From Bugula neritina (taxonomy: Eukaryota; Animalia; Bryozoa), in the NCBI GenBank assembly GCA_964035545.1, contig OZ037766.1, positions 25,780,339 to 25,844,338 on the forward strand: a DNA stretch of 64,000 nt, in the 5' to 3' direction. The notes under the pieces are model-generated. The model was given only the letters and a program-made list of their open reading frames with translations, was not told where the DNA came from and did not search any database. The stretch's first letter is position 1. Every line of letters begins with the position of its first letter. The position numbers and the translations under genes were made by a program. Positions 34,815 to 51,447 of the stretch are shown here, piece by piece.

Positions 34815-37800
34815 AAATGAGCATTAAAAAAGGCTAATCAACCGGTTTTTAAGGATATATGATCAAAAAGAAGTTTAAACCGATTTCATTAAAAAGCTTA
34901 GTTAAGCAAAACTAAGTCCGCATTAATACAAATAACTAAACACTGAATTTAGTTTTTCTGATGGTATAGTATCAGTTTAATAATTCTATCGTTATTCTTC
35001 ATCTATCCTTACCTATCCCGTTATAGTTGTCTATATACCACTTTTACTGTATAGGCCTACCTAATAACTATATAATATAACACTATTACTTTTGACCTAA
35101 AATATTAAAAGCATTAGAGAATAATTGTTTATAGCAGCTACAAAACATTCCAGAAAATAATATATAGGCTACTTTTGTTTTTGTTCCGCTATATATCCTA
35201 CTGGGAAAACTATTTATTTTCATCTATTTTAACAATATACCGCCTATTTCACAATGAACAATAAACTTTATTTATCTGATCTAACAGGGTAATCTTGTAA
35301 TCCTTAAATTTCCGCCCTGATAGCTGATCCCATACTAACAATACAAGCTGTAATTTAGGATTAGCTCAGTTAATCCTTCAGCATCCCAGATAAGTATAGT
35401 TTCTCTTTCTTGGATAATGCTAGATAAAGTAATAAAATCAGGCTGTGTAGCTATGAGCACGTTTTTCTACCCGTGGGAAATGAGTCATGTGTAGTTGGTG
35501 ACTTTACCAAAGGATCCTATTTAGCATATATGCACATTTTATAGCAGGTGAATTCAGCTAGCTAAAACCCATAAAGTCCAATGTCAACGCTTTAAGTTAT
35601 TTTTTATAGGTGCAGAGATTTAATTTATATTTTACAGTTTCTATATGTTCCGTTTTTAAGTTTTACTCTAGCTACAATAAGTGGCTTGTTACTCCTGAGA
35701 AAGATATATTATTATTATTGCTATCAACTGATGTTAACCACTTGAGGTGGCTACATAAGTACGCATACTTCTCCGTTACAACTACGTTTGCCTTTTTGAG
35801 GTGTATTAAGAAACTTAACGTTTTGTGAATCATAGTTCATGCAATGTTTTTCGTACTTCAAAAGACGCAATATTGTTATAATATAGGAAGGTGAACGCTA
35901 CAAAAAAGTATCGATCACTTAATACATTGAAAAATCAGCTCGGGCACTGTACTGCTTAAAACATAATTTTTAATCTTCATATTCTCACACAAACTAAAAC
36001 CCCATATAAAATTCAAGTTGTTTTTATCGTAATCTAAAAAGTGCCAGAATGTAAAAAGGAGGAACGCATTTAAAATCTGGCATTTTCTAAATAACTGTTA
36101 GACGTCCTTTAAACAATTTACAAATATAAAATATGTGCACACAGCCTAAGCAACTGTGTATGGCGCAGTGGACCAAATAGGAAGACCTTTAACTCCCACG
36201 TCCTACCCTGACCAAGTTACAGTTTTCTCAAGCTGTGCTCACCAATAAGCATAGAAGTCATTTACCACAAAAACATGTCTGCGGCCCAAGCACTTATACA
36301 ATTAGCACTGTTAGGAAAATTTGACAAAAGAGCAAAAATATATATTTGATTTGCTCTGTAACATAACAGTCTGCATCACCAATAAACCACTTGGTTTTCA
36401 GTTCTATAGATTCAAGTTTAGTTATTTTTATAGTTATTTGAGTGTATGCAAGGATACTTGTGCTGTAATTTCACTAAGTATCAGTTATAGTAAGCCTTTA
36501 AAATGTCTGTCTATAGGGCTTGTTTATAAGTTCACACGCTACACACATCACATGTGATGTAAGAAATGATTGCCGTCAACTTTGAAGCCTGCTCACCAGC
36601 ACAGAGCATGCAGGTCATAAACTAACAATATCTATATTTAAGCTTAAATTCCAAAACTTTATATATAACTCACCCGAAAGATGGTGAATTGTGCTTCGTG
36701 GTGCTGGTGTAGTTCTGTTTGAGCTTTGAGAGGAAGTTGTGCTGAACTAGTTGTAGGAATTCTTCTGTTTGAGTTATATTTTAAAGTGTTGTATAAGATA
36801 GTTGTTATGATGTGGATTATCATGTGATTAAGTAATTCAACCATAATCCTATTTAATTATCGTGAGTACATCTTTGTAAGTTATTATAAATCCTAAAGCA
36901 GAATTTATTCAACCAATACCTAACCAGAAAATCAGAATTGTACTCTGAACATGATTGGTTACTTTTTCACTAGCAAAAATTACACAGCAGTTAAAATTGT
37001 TTACAAGAAATTAAAAGACCTAGAAAATTGAGCAACAAATCAAAATGTTGGAAACTAATATTTTTTCTAAATAAATTATATTAAGAATTATGAAGTATTA
37101 CTTTCCGTGCCATTGATTTCAACAGCAAATCAAAATAACTTGTTGTAACTACATTTTATTACAAATGACACACTATAACAATACCACCATGGTTGAATAA
37201 TAAATATGAATTGTGAAGTAAAAATAATTTAAATATGTAAAAAAGATATGAACTTTACAGCATTCACAAATAACATAACATAATATGTACAATGTAAATA
37301 CACCGTAATATTACTAGACGTAACTTCATACTGCACTAAATACAGATAATAATCTTGCGATTGTCATAAAAATCATTTAAAATAACAATTTAGAAAAATA
37401 CGTGATATAAGTAATCCAGCTTTGATCATCCAACCAAGTCAATAAATCTTAAAGCCAAACTAGTAAAATATACATTAACTTAAGACGTACAGAGACTTAA
37501 AGCGAAGTACAGAGACTTAAAGCTATGCAAGAATAAGCACACAGCTGCATATTGCAATTAAAAGAGCACACAGTTTTATGTGCTATAAAGCAAATATTAA
37601 ATGACGGATAATGGACATTCATATATTGTGCTCTCAGCTGTTGAGACTAACTCATACAATAATATCTAGAAAACTGTATAATAAAAAATGTTTTGCATAT
37701 TTTTCAAATAAATTTTAAGTAACTGGAATAAAATTCTAATTTGCAAAACTATGTCAACTTTGGATCTATTCCTTTTGACCGGTAAGGAACTAAACCATGA

Positions 37801-37849
37801 ATACAATAAGAAATTAGAGCTCCAGTGTTACATACAATACACACAGAAA

Positions 37850-40800
37850 TCAAGCGACTCTGACAGAGTGCAAGCTCTCTAGAGTGTAAGGAGGGATAAA
37901 ATAAAAATATTCTAGAACATTTTTGACGATGCCTCTATTAAATGGATTCTTGTACTTCCCATTGCTATCCTGTAAATACTTGTACCTTGTCCAGTTTAAA
38001 TTCTCGTTGGTGGTTATGTTGGTGAACATCTGTATGGTCTATAAGAGAATACAAGAGACTGCAGTTAGACAGGCACCAAGAAGGGAGCACAACACTATAA
38101 CATAGTTAAATCAATTTCAGTTCAGATAGACAACACTTAGTTAGACGACCACTTAGACTATCCCTAACTGGACGACTTCCATTTAGACAACTTTATTTAA
38201 AAAACATTAAGAATCAAAAAAATTAAATTTAATGACATTTGATAGTAAGTTACATTAATTTTATTTTGGTTTTATGTGAATCTATGTGCACAGGTGTATA
38301 TCTGAAGCTATGTACAGGTGTATAACTGAAGCCATGTATAGGTGTATAACTGAAGCCATATGCATAATATGACTCATTGAAGCCATTGCTTTAACAGTTT
38401 ACTGAAGCCATATCCATAAGATGTCTAATTTTTTGAAACCATATAATTTTTTAGACTATTTTCTACATTATATTCATTCTATTTTAAAGTTTAAAGTAGT
38501 CAAATATATTTTAAAATCATCTGTACCTATATTTGATAGCAATATTTGGGGTGGTATAACTGAGGTGGTCTATCTGGCATGACACAGTAAAATCATTACA
38601 AAGTTTATCTAAAACTCTATTGCATCGAGTAGACAACTCACCGCACCACCAAACACAGCAATGATAAACAGACCATAAAAGGTTTCCAAAACCATGGCTA
38701 CGTAGAATTGCATTTTCAAACTATCGGTCTCCTTCATGAAGGGCCATGTTCGTATGGAAAGGTAATAGGCAAGTACAATAGTGCAGCAAATTGACAGGGC
38801 AAATATTGTAAAGCTACCCCTAAAACAACAGTATACTTTAATATTATTATGATACAGTCTGCACTAAGAGGGAACAATTACCAAACTTATAGCTGAATCA
38901 ATTCACTGCATTTTTTGCTGAACGAGGATTTTTGGGATATGTCAGGTTTGAGTAGATTTATAAAAATGCATTAAAAAGAAAGTTTTTACCGAGTAACCAA
39001 AATCCGAGAGATAAAAATTGAGTGAATATAAATTCAGCTACCACTGGCAGTTCATGTCACATGATCAAAACCGTCCAATTACGTGATGACAAAATTGAAT
39101 ATGTAATAATATTACATAACAAAAGTTACCAGGAATTTACTAGCACTTGGAAACTCAACAGATAGGATTCAACCAATATTAATTTGTAATACTACTCACA
39201 CACTCCAGCCTCCCCCCCCCCCCCCATTTAACCCCTTTGGACAGTTGAAATCATGTGACCCCTTTAGTCAGACATTGTTTGTAGTGTATGCAGTACTTAC
39301 AGTTGCTAGGAGCAAGCCTACAGTCATGAGCAAGGCGTACAGAGAGATGGGGATGGAGATGTAAATAATAATGGAAGCCCCTTCAGTGAGATAGATGTGA
39401 TGGAGAAATCGCATTGCGACGACGAAGTCTAACGAAACGAATAGTATAAAGCCATAGAACCATTTTCTAAAAGAAAATAAATGGCAGGTGAGATAGAGTT
39501 TAACAGAACAAATGAAAGGAATGACAAAGAAATTTATAGTGCATAGAATATACATATATCAAAGATTTCAACAATTATTACACCTATGAAACATCTGTCC
39601 AGCTGCCAGCTCAACTTGCACCAATTACTATAAGTTACCCAGCCCACATTATGGTTAGAACCACAGATAAACTAGATCAATGGGAAAATAGTAGAAATTA
39701 TATTTTCTGCAAGTAGAATTGGTGCATTGTTACAGTTAGATTAGCTTAAAAAGACCTTGGACTACGTTGTCTATTTCAGTTGATTAAAATATGGTCCAAG
39801 TAGACATTGCATCCAATTAATTGACTGGCTAATAGTTAAGTATTAATTATTAGAGGGCAATTAAATACAAGCTGCAACCCACCACCTTTGAGCTGGACAT
39901 TCAGTGAAATAATGAGGTCTAAATCTAGTGACAATGGCTATAACATGGTCTATGTTTGACCACACAAATATAATGAGCATATAATAGATGAGATATACCA
40001 CTTTCTCTAAATATCATAATATTGTGTAGATAAATGACGGGCTTTGAAATTAACAAAATTATTTTAAAAAATAATTTTCCAGATTCCCTGAATTGACCAT
40101 TCTAAACAAGCAAAGCCATGCATAAAGCAACGCTAACTGAACCCAATTAAAGTATTAAGGGAAGGTAAAAGACTAAACAGGGGGGAAGGCAGAGGTGGAG
40201 CAAGACAGGGGCAGACAACCTGGTCCTAGCAGCTGTAAGCATACACTAAACAGAATGTGACTAAGTATACAGCCTATAGTTTAAACATGGAATGACCTGG
40301 TAGTACAGCATGACTATAGTCCAGCATGGCTTAGTCTTGCATATCCTGAAACAATAACTATTTCTGTAACAAATGTTACTTTCAGTTGAAATAGGATTGT
40401 AAAATAACTGTTTTAACGTTAATCTATTAGTAGAAACATTTTAAAAAGTCATTAAAATGAAGATTATTGGTTGGTTGGCTTAAATTTTAAGAAATATGAT
40501 ATTGTGTTTGTAAGGAATTCGTGTCTAATTGAAAACAAGACATTAGAAAACATAACAAGCATGCTCAGTGTACATCACAGCACATAAGTAGAAGAGAATA
40601 AAGTGCCTGACTAATGGCAGCATTAGAAGTCATAGCAGCGTATAGAATATGAAATATCACATGCTAAAGAACAAGAGAAAGTCACATGTGTGGGTAACCA
40701 AACAGCATGCAACCAAACAGGTTTACAGAACCACTAGCTATTTCCATGTCTGTGCATAGGTGGAAACACAACTACTAAGTTGCCTTCAGCTAACAGAGTG

Positions 40801-43800
40801 TCGTAGAGCCACTGTACCTGTTCCTGTAGCCCACACAGTTGTATATCCATGGACAGTGATGGTCAAAGTTCTGTACACATCTACCGCACACTCTGCAGTG
40901 TTTACTCCTCAGTGGCTTAATGGTGCGACACGTATGGCAAAGTCTACTCAGGGGGTTGTCCCCCTCTTTCCAGTCATTGAAGTGTGCCACCTGTTAATGT
41001 AGAACTATATATATACGTATGCATGTATGCAACTAGTGCTAAGGCTGAGAAATTATTTTATTCAATGGCAAAATGGTAATATTTATTATTAGTTTATTAG
41101 CAGCAATCAAAAATAAAAACAGTTGTTAGATTGGAAGAAATGCAGATATAATTCTAACATGGATATTTCAGTAACTGACACTAGATTATTAGTGTACTGC
41201 CATTTCATCACCAAACTTGCCCCACACTAGCACTGCACCTACCCTAACACTACCCCCACCCTAACACCTCCCTAAAAGAGATCACAGTGACTGACCTGTT
41301 TGATGGCCATGTCATACTCCGGAATGTTCCGAGGCAGGTATCCAGGGTCTATAGTGTTGGCGTGATAAAGAGATATCCACATGAGAACATTACTGACCCA
41401 GAATATAATGTGTGCTATCCACAACTCTTCCCATGTGTTGTATAAACACTGAAATTATACACATTTGTATATAGTAGCATACTAACTGTTACACATACGC
41501 ACATGTGGCATAGGTAAAACAATATTAGAGTATTAACTATTGAAATTTTAATTTTGTTGCTGTAAACTTTATTCTTGGAAAAATTATGATTCACATTTTT
41601 TAGAAAGTGGACTATTCAAAAATTTCTGAATATGAACGTGTAGAGGGTTATACATTTGTTCATTAGTGAAACATGGGTAGTTTTTACTTTGATTTTTTGC
41701 ATTTATAAGATATCTCCAAGTTGACAGAGTGGAATGACCCACTGATTCTGAAAACTATAAGTTTTAGGATAGTGAATTTTGCAAAACTGCCAAAACTAAA
41801 CCTAACTTGCTAATCAGCAAATCAGAATAGGTTTAGTTTTTTATTAAAAAAAGTAGAAAAATACAGCTTAGCACAGTCTATTAAAAAGATTACACGAGCA
41901 AGACAAAAGAAAATATGTTTACTTATGAAAAAAAAGGGTTACTGACTCATACCGACCTCAAAATAAGGAAACTGTACACACATTTCCAATTTACCAAAAC
42001 CAATTTTAAAACATTAATATATTTGAATTATCAAAACATGTTTGTGTAAATTGATCAACTAATGCCATCAATCATCTTAATTCTAGAGTTATCTTTATGA
42101 GGTCAAAATATGGAAGAGTTGGTTCAAACCTTTAGTAAGTAGATAGGATACGCCCAGAAGAGCAACACAGAAAGGAAGAAGATAATGGGGTACTTTGAGT
42201 TCCCAGGAGGTCCAAATATAAGAGTTCTGAAATGCAGAATACATAGTGATACATATAACATTTCTAGTCACTTATCAGTCTGACTCAGTCACCTCTGTGA
42301 CACCCTGACTCAGTCACCTTTATGACACCCTGGAGCAAGTGATATGTCTGACTCAGTCACCTCTGTGACACCCTGGAGCAAGTAGTATTGCCATGGGCAT
42401 TACCTGATGTCAAAGAAACATTCAAATACTAATAGCTAAAGTAACATTATCTTGTAAAATAACTGTCTCATCAGAGTTCGCACAGCGGTTCTCCAACTTG
42501 CCAGCTAACCTGCTACCCATTACAGTATAGGGGCTAGTGGAGACTCACAATACCACGTATACTTTTGTTGGAATAGTACTCGCAAAATAAATTAAATTCA
42601 CTAAACTACTCGTTGCTTAGGCCACTACACTATAAAAGGAACTCTTCTACAAAAATCTTACCAATTTTGCTTTGCAGCAAAAAAGATTTATTCGATTGTA
42701 TCTCAATTTCACTCAACTTTTGATCTCTTTTCGCCAATGCATATTGTGTACATGGACAATGGGAAGATAATTAAACAACTCAAATTGTATTTTAATAACA
42801 CAGAAGTTGTGAGAAAATCTAAGCAAATTTATGTGCAATGTATAATAAAATATAACTCACTTCAGCTCTACTTTGCCTAAAATACTGTGGTTTTTGTCAA
42901 TTTTCTTTTTCAAATAGGTCATAACTTTATCATGTTTTCTTCCTGCAGCTAAAAGGTAGGGGGTTTTTCCGTTCTTGTCTTTGAGGTCTAGTTCAATACC
43001 ATCCTGTAGGGCATGGAGATGTACATAACAAGTTAGTGAGGAGATGGTGTGTCTAGACTCTAGAGTCTAGAGCATAATAAAACATTCCAAACTTGGCGTA
43101 TTGTTGGCATGCAAAGAATATCCCTTTGTCACTTTACCGGCACTGCGTCTTGTGGCAGTTCGGCTTACCCACCCTTCTTCATTTAAAGCAGTAAAATAAA
43201 ACACCTTAAGCTAAGGTTAAGGTTACCCAACATGATCTGAAGGGCAACCTTAACACCCCTCACATTCTGCGCCAAATGTTTGCATAATTGTTGAAGAGAA
43301 TTGTCCATGTCTTAAGCCTATCATAAAGTACTTACTATAAAAAACCAAGTCTATGGTCCAAACTTGAAAAAGTAGAAAATTAAGATTTAAAAAACAACGT
43401 TTAAAGTTCTCTAATTTGCAATTAACTACAAACTTATCTAGGAAGTCCCTTAAAACCAGTACAACATGGGTAAGATTAAAATAGAACTATAATACTGCAT
43501 GAAGACCAAGCATATATTTACATGATGTAAATGGTGTGGTGGGTATAAAAAATAAATTCTTTTTTTGGAATATTACTAGTAGATATATAGACATGTGCGG
43601 GGGAAACTTGGTGACAAAAGCAAGGAAATGTTAAAAGCCAAAAGCTAAACTGATATTCTTTCATTGAAAAACTCCGCGAGTTCCCAAAAGAGTGCAGAAA
43701 CTTCTCACCTCAAATAATTAAAAACAAGGGCAGCATCAGAACAGTTTGAAAATAGCGTCAACTCTTGTGAAAGAATTTTCAGATAACTGTTCTTTGAAAA

Positions 43801-46578
43801 TTTATCACAAATAAAAACCAAAGCAATTAAACTGTCTCTGCTTACCCGTTCACAGAGAGCTCTCACAGCACTCAGACTCCCGTTGATACTAGCCAGATGA
43901 AGCGCGGTCTGGCCGTAATCATCTCTTTGCTTGATGCTAAACCCGGAATAGATCAGTAGTCTCATCAATTCTTCGTGTCCTGCAACACACGAGTCATAGT
44001 CACAGTGATAGCTACCGACAAATATAATTCTGGGAGTTGTCATACCATTTACTGATATTGCGCAATACAATAATCACACTAATGCTATGTTGTTTCAACA
44101 GGTAATAATTATGGCTAAAGGAAACAGGGGTTTTTATAAAATTCATAATAAACTCATTTCAACAAAATATCAAATAGTATTTCTTCCCAAGTCAACTATA
44201 AAGTAGTTTACGCTTAATTTTCTACAGAGTATTGTTCAAAACTTTTCAGTCTCCAAGAGCACAGAAATTGTAATCAGCGAAAAAACACAAACTGACATCC
44301 ACATTTTATAAATAAGTACAATTAGCAAACTAAGTGTGGTGAATATTAGCTATTATGTGTTTGCCAAGTGCTGTGCAAGTATACAGACTAGTTTAGAACA
44401 GCTACTAACCTTTGAAGCTAGCCCAGTGAAGTGCATTATCACCATCTTTGTCAGTGAGTTGCAGTCTAGCACCTTTACCCATGAGATAGCCGGCTAGCAT
44501 GGTCTTCCCATACTGTGCAGCTACTATAAGAGGAGTGCAGCCTTTGCTGTCTACGGAGTCTATGGAAACCCCCTGCTGCAAGAGCACGTCCACCACACCT
44601 GAACGTACAGTAAAACTAGATGATGTTGTAGTTTAACAAAATAGATTATGTGCATTTATATAGACCTCATCATTAACTATACAAAAGATGCAACATGCAC
44701 ATAGTAAAGGGTGCAATATGGTTGAAAACAAAGTTTAATCTAATTGATGAAAAATAATCTTCTAATTTTCTGGTCACCATTGCTTTTCGCACATAGATTG
44801 CCATTAGCATATGTACATCACTACAGCTATAACCTTAGAAACAACAATACAGTCAAACATGAACATGCTACTCTAAGTTCCTAGATTTGTTTTTAAAAAA
44901 TAAGAATCTTACTAATGTGCCCATTGGTGCAGGCCCAGTGAATAGGGCGAGGCTGGGGTTCAGCATCAGACGGCTCATTCACTGGAACCCCCTGTTCTAT
45001 CAGATACTTCAACATCTGCACATGACCTCCTAGACAAGCCCAGTGAACAGCAGTATGACCTTTGTCATCTCGCTGTCTCAGAATCTCTGGACCAGACTTT
45101 TCTACAAACTTCTGCGCAGGTACAACCAGCCTAAGGGAACACAATAAACTTAGCTAAATTACTGCAATGCTACCATGTTGAATTACTGCAATCATGTTTA
45201 CCTGGGATATGAAAACCCGACTACAAAATCTGAGAAGAAAAGCTCTTTTTCATTGCACCACCTGATAATTTCATATATTTTGTTATCTAAAACTTCTCAT
45301 TCCCTAATAAACTTGAAAATTAATGAACTCTATTAATATTATAGTGTTTTAAAAGTTTTGCAATGCTGGGCGGCAATAAATTCAACTTCTACAAAGTCGT
45401 AATATACAGTCACAGTGCCATTTAACCACACATAAATAACCTAACAACTAATATATAAATACTAATGCATATACTGAAACTTAATTAACACTAAATCAGT
45501 TAATGTGATTTACTACAAATAAATATTAATATTAAAACTAATAGTACTAGTAATACTAATAGTTTAACTGTATTATAATTATGTTCTCAAGTCAAAGACA
45601 CACTAATAATGGAACTTATTTTTCTAACTAATATACAAATAGTAATACTACTATCAGTATTTTTGGATAAATTTTAAATCATTCTACTCTTATGTTCAAT
45701 ATTAAAAAATGGCTTTAAACTTTACTCAGGCTAAACATGAACTGACAGCCAAAGTGATTGTGATACTGGTAGACTTGTGTAACACTAACTCTCACACTCA
45801 CACTGACAGTGACACTAAGACGAAGAGTAAGTAACTCAGCAACTATAACTATAAGTGTAACTGTAACTGTAAGTCAAAGTGTAAGTGTAACTGACTTTGT
45901 AAGTATAAGATTAAATGTAAGGTTGAGTCAAAGTGAAAGTGTTAGCTATAGAAATAGCCATAATCAACTTCAAGTTCAAGCATCAGCATCACTACCAGTA
46001 TGAGTATGGACTATGATGCCACTATGGTCAAGGGAATGGAAATCCAGTGTACTGTGTAGTGCTCTGTATTAGTACTACTAGTACTAGTAGCAGCAGTACT
46101 ACTAGTATTACTAGTACTACTAGTATTACTAGTACTACTACTACTACTACTACTAGTAGTGATAGACTGATAGTACTACTACAGTACTAGTACTAGTAGT
46201 ACTACTACCAGTACTACCAGTACTAGTATTACTATTAGACATAGTACAATAGATATAGTAGTACTAGTAGTAGTACTACTACCACTACCACTAGCACTAC
46301 TACTAGACTACTAGTAAGTGTAACTAGTAAAGTAATATAACTACTACTACTAGTACTAATAAACTACAAGTTCAAGTTCACTAGTTGAGTACAAGTATTA
46401 CTACTACTATTTCTTTATCTTACCCAGCTTTAATAGCATCAAAAATTGTTGGCTCTTTTGTAGCCTTTGTGTTTGTTTCAGAAGAGCCAAGCACCGGTTT
46501 AATATAGCTGTCAATATTAGCTAGTTTTTGATAAAACTCTTTTTCATCCATTGGGTTTCGTTTGAAAGCCGTCGCCAT
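37850..46578 (-). CDS. Ankyrin-repeat DHHC protein S-palmitoyltransferase (HIP14/ZDHHC13/17-related, Patsas-like four-TM form)
   Basis: Exons 46578-46424, 45130-44913, 44598-44410, 43979-43846, 43003-42861, 42226-42130, 41448-41296, 40990-40818, [39466-39301 OR 38819-38642], 38038-37850. Ankyrin motifs [34 protein letters not shown]; DPG; [40 protein letters not shown]; TTNE; NPFNRG. Confidence 0.92.
38642..38819 (-). CDS. Palmitoyltransferase alternative exon B (post-DHHC TM hairpin)
   Basis: 178 nt, phase 2 in, phase 0 out: [59 protein letters not shown]; TTTTAG acceptor, GTGAGT donor. Confidence 0.78.
39301..39466 (-). CDS. Palmitoyltransferase alternative exon A (post-DHHC TM hairpin)
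   Basis: 166 nt, phase 2 in, phase 0 out: [55 protein letters not shown]; TTTTAG acceptor, GTAAGT donor. Confidence 0.8.
42280..42381. repeat. Short tandem repeat (TGACTCAGTCACCTCTGTGACACCC), 3 copies
   Basis: Seen directly in an intron. Confidence 0.8.
46070..46410. repeat. Mixed (TAG)n/(TAC)n low-complexity tract
   Basis: Trinucleotide runs in both orientations in intron 1 of the palmitoyltransferase. Confidence 0.9.
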
Positions 46579-48108
46579 GATACCAGCTTTTTTCTCACTG
46601 TTGGAGAACACTACTCTAGTTCAGCGAATAGGTCAAACAAACTTAAGGCTTATAATACAGTTTGGAGACCATTGTCGGGCTATAGCTCTTTGGGATAAAA
46701 GAGAGGTTTCGCTGTCGCTCTAATTAGTTCACAATGCCTAAGCTGTTTCCGATCTGAAATAACTAATAACTAATAACTATAACTATAAGTAATAACTAAA
46801 TAAGACAAATCATTTTAATTCAAAATCAATTTCAATGATGTCTATAATCATAATGATAATTATAAATATTATAGGCCATTCATTGTTTATTTGAAATTTA
46901 TATTTGTCGTTGATCATGATGATGACTAATGAGTCATGGCTTTGTCATACTCATTGTCATTGTGATACCAGATTGAAATACTCATACTGCTACTCTTACT
47001 CAGTTACACTTACAGTTACTGTCTTAATCTTAATTCTTAGTCTTAGTAACTGTCTTACTATTACTGATAGTGATACTCATACTGATAGTAATGGTAATAA
47101 GTAATAAATAATAAGTGATATTGAGATTCAGATACTGAGTCTGATTGCTATCCCTGGCTGATAGTCACAATCAATTATACTTATAGTGATACTGATAGTC
47201 ATACTGATACTCATGCCAGTGCTGGTAGTGGTTGATTTTGACTATCACTATGAGTATGACTCAGTGACAGTTTCATGATGGTGAGCCATGACTGATGACT
47301 CATCTCATAACTCATGAGTCATCAGTTATGAGAGTGAATGTGATCATGATATTATTATAATGATAATGATAATAATTATGAAGAAATTAAAACTCACATT
47401 AAACTGCAAGTTATACTTATTGTTATTATAAATATTTATATGACATTTTCTTAGTTAGCTTTTCAATCTAACAAACCAAAAAAATAATTGGAAAGGGCTC
47501 TGTCTAACACTTTCAAAAAATCCTTAAAATTTTGATATACAAGACTATTAAAATCTAACAATCTAACAAATCAACAAAGTATTAGGAACTGGCTCTGTCT
47601 AACACTTCTAACAAATCCTCAAAATGTTGATATATAAAAACCATTAAAATCTAAAAGTCCAACACTTTAACAAACATTTTCAACAATTATGATACACTAG
47701 TCAGCCCTTGTCTAACAGTTGTATCCATAGCTTTCTACACTTCCAAATATGTTGGTAGGGCTCATCTAACACCATCTAAGAGCCTTCAACAAAATGCTAT
47801 TCAGTGAGGAATTATTCATCAAAATCTCCGTTTCTGCACCTAATGGATAATTATGTTGAATATTAACACAAATAATAATATCAATATTGATATTTATGGT
47901 TGTAATATTTGGCTCTAATAGAGTTATAAATAGCTGGAACTGAAAATATAATTGTATGTTTGTAATAAGTTTGGGTCTAGTTTTAATGAGTCAAAGCTCA
48001 ATTTGGTAGTTGTATCATTTTCGAATTGTTATAGAATATATTGCACTTTAGTTAATTTTAATAATTTATAGATAAAATAAGAAACCATTCTTTTCATTTT
48101 AAAGCAGG
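46579..48108. promoter_or_regulatory. Probable bidirectional promoter region between the palmitoyltransferase and RBX1
   Basis: Head-to-head start codons about 1.5 kb apart; the only higher-complexity, CpG-containing island is at ~46580-46760. TSSs cannot be seen from sequence. Confidence 0.5.
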
Positions 48109-50117
<2,009 letters not shown>

Positions 50118-51447
50118 TTGAAATATTCATATTTTCTTTGTATTATAAGATAATCCTTACCAAAAAATTGTAAATGAGAAGCTTTTTGAAGGGCCATGAA
50201 AATTGTTACTATTAATGTGCGAATTATATTATCTTACACTCATAAGCTATCAATATAAAATATATATCTATTAATCAATGATTGATTATTTTGCATCGCA
50301 TCACCTATAATCACAATAAAACTTCCCATCATTGTTTTATTCGGCTATTACCAACCTTGTGACATGCGTGACCTATAAAATAATGTACTGCGTATTATCA
50401 GCGAGTTGGATATTTAAACAAAAGTTGATAACAGAATTTAACAAGTTTTTTTTAAACTTGGTAAGCTGGGTATGTTTTGTGTTTCACTATGTAAGTTTTG
50501 TCAATGGCTTCTGTTATGCTCAACAAAAGGTTTTCATTTGCACAGTTCAAGTTCACGGCATCTGCAAGTATAGCATTTGTAATCTTTCTCCAGGCCTCTA
50601 ATTCTAGTCTATTTACCTCACAGAATCGAGTACTACCAGTAAGATTATGGTTCAGCTTCGCAGCTAGTATGTATATATATTTTATTCAACTGTTACTAAT
50701 ATTTAGATAATCTACAAAGTTAGATAATATTATATTTATATCTGGCAAAAAGTAATTGGTCGAAAATTCAATGAATTTGTGACTCTCTAGCAAAAGAATG
50801 TGTGTTTTGCAACTTAGATTAACAAAAAACTTGAAGAAGAATTATTAAAATTGAAAGTAACAAATATTGAACGCACCAAGTTTACTTTTGTTGATTTGTC
50901 ATAGCATACAAAATTGTAAAAACTAAATTAATATACACTAGCAAATAAAATACAGTTTGTTATTGATAGTGCTGCTCGTCACGGCTTGAATCGCTCACAC
51001 ATATGTGCACATCCAGACGTCCTACTTTATATTATATAATGAACAAACTCAGCATGCACTTATCAAATTGCTTGTTTCTACAAATAAAAGAGAAAAAATT
51101 AGAAATTCAAATTGCACTACTAACATTAGGAAATAAAAATAGTAGTCATGCAGGTTAAGATCAGATATATATTCTAAGTTTACAAGAGATGGCAAAATTT
51201 AACTTATATTTTCTGCAAACAAACCCGAACACCATATGGTCCGTTGAAATGCTGTTAGTATTGTTTACATACGCTCTGCAGGTCTGCACTGTATTATAAA
51301 ATTTTATTTCGGTCAAAAGTCCACCAACCAACTTGTTTTATAATCTGAAACTAAATTATGTAATCAAACGATCAATGTAGAAAAGTGGTATGAGTTTTCT
51401 TTAGGGTTTGTCAAATTTGTTAAATGGGTGTTACCTGAAAATATCTC

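Noticed and set aside
50936-51040. Possible Helitron/Helentron-type short element near the GPCR fragment
   Set aside because: Only vague terminal motifs (ACTAG ... TTTATATTATA); no hairpin or second matching copy could be confirmed by eye.
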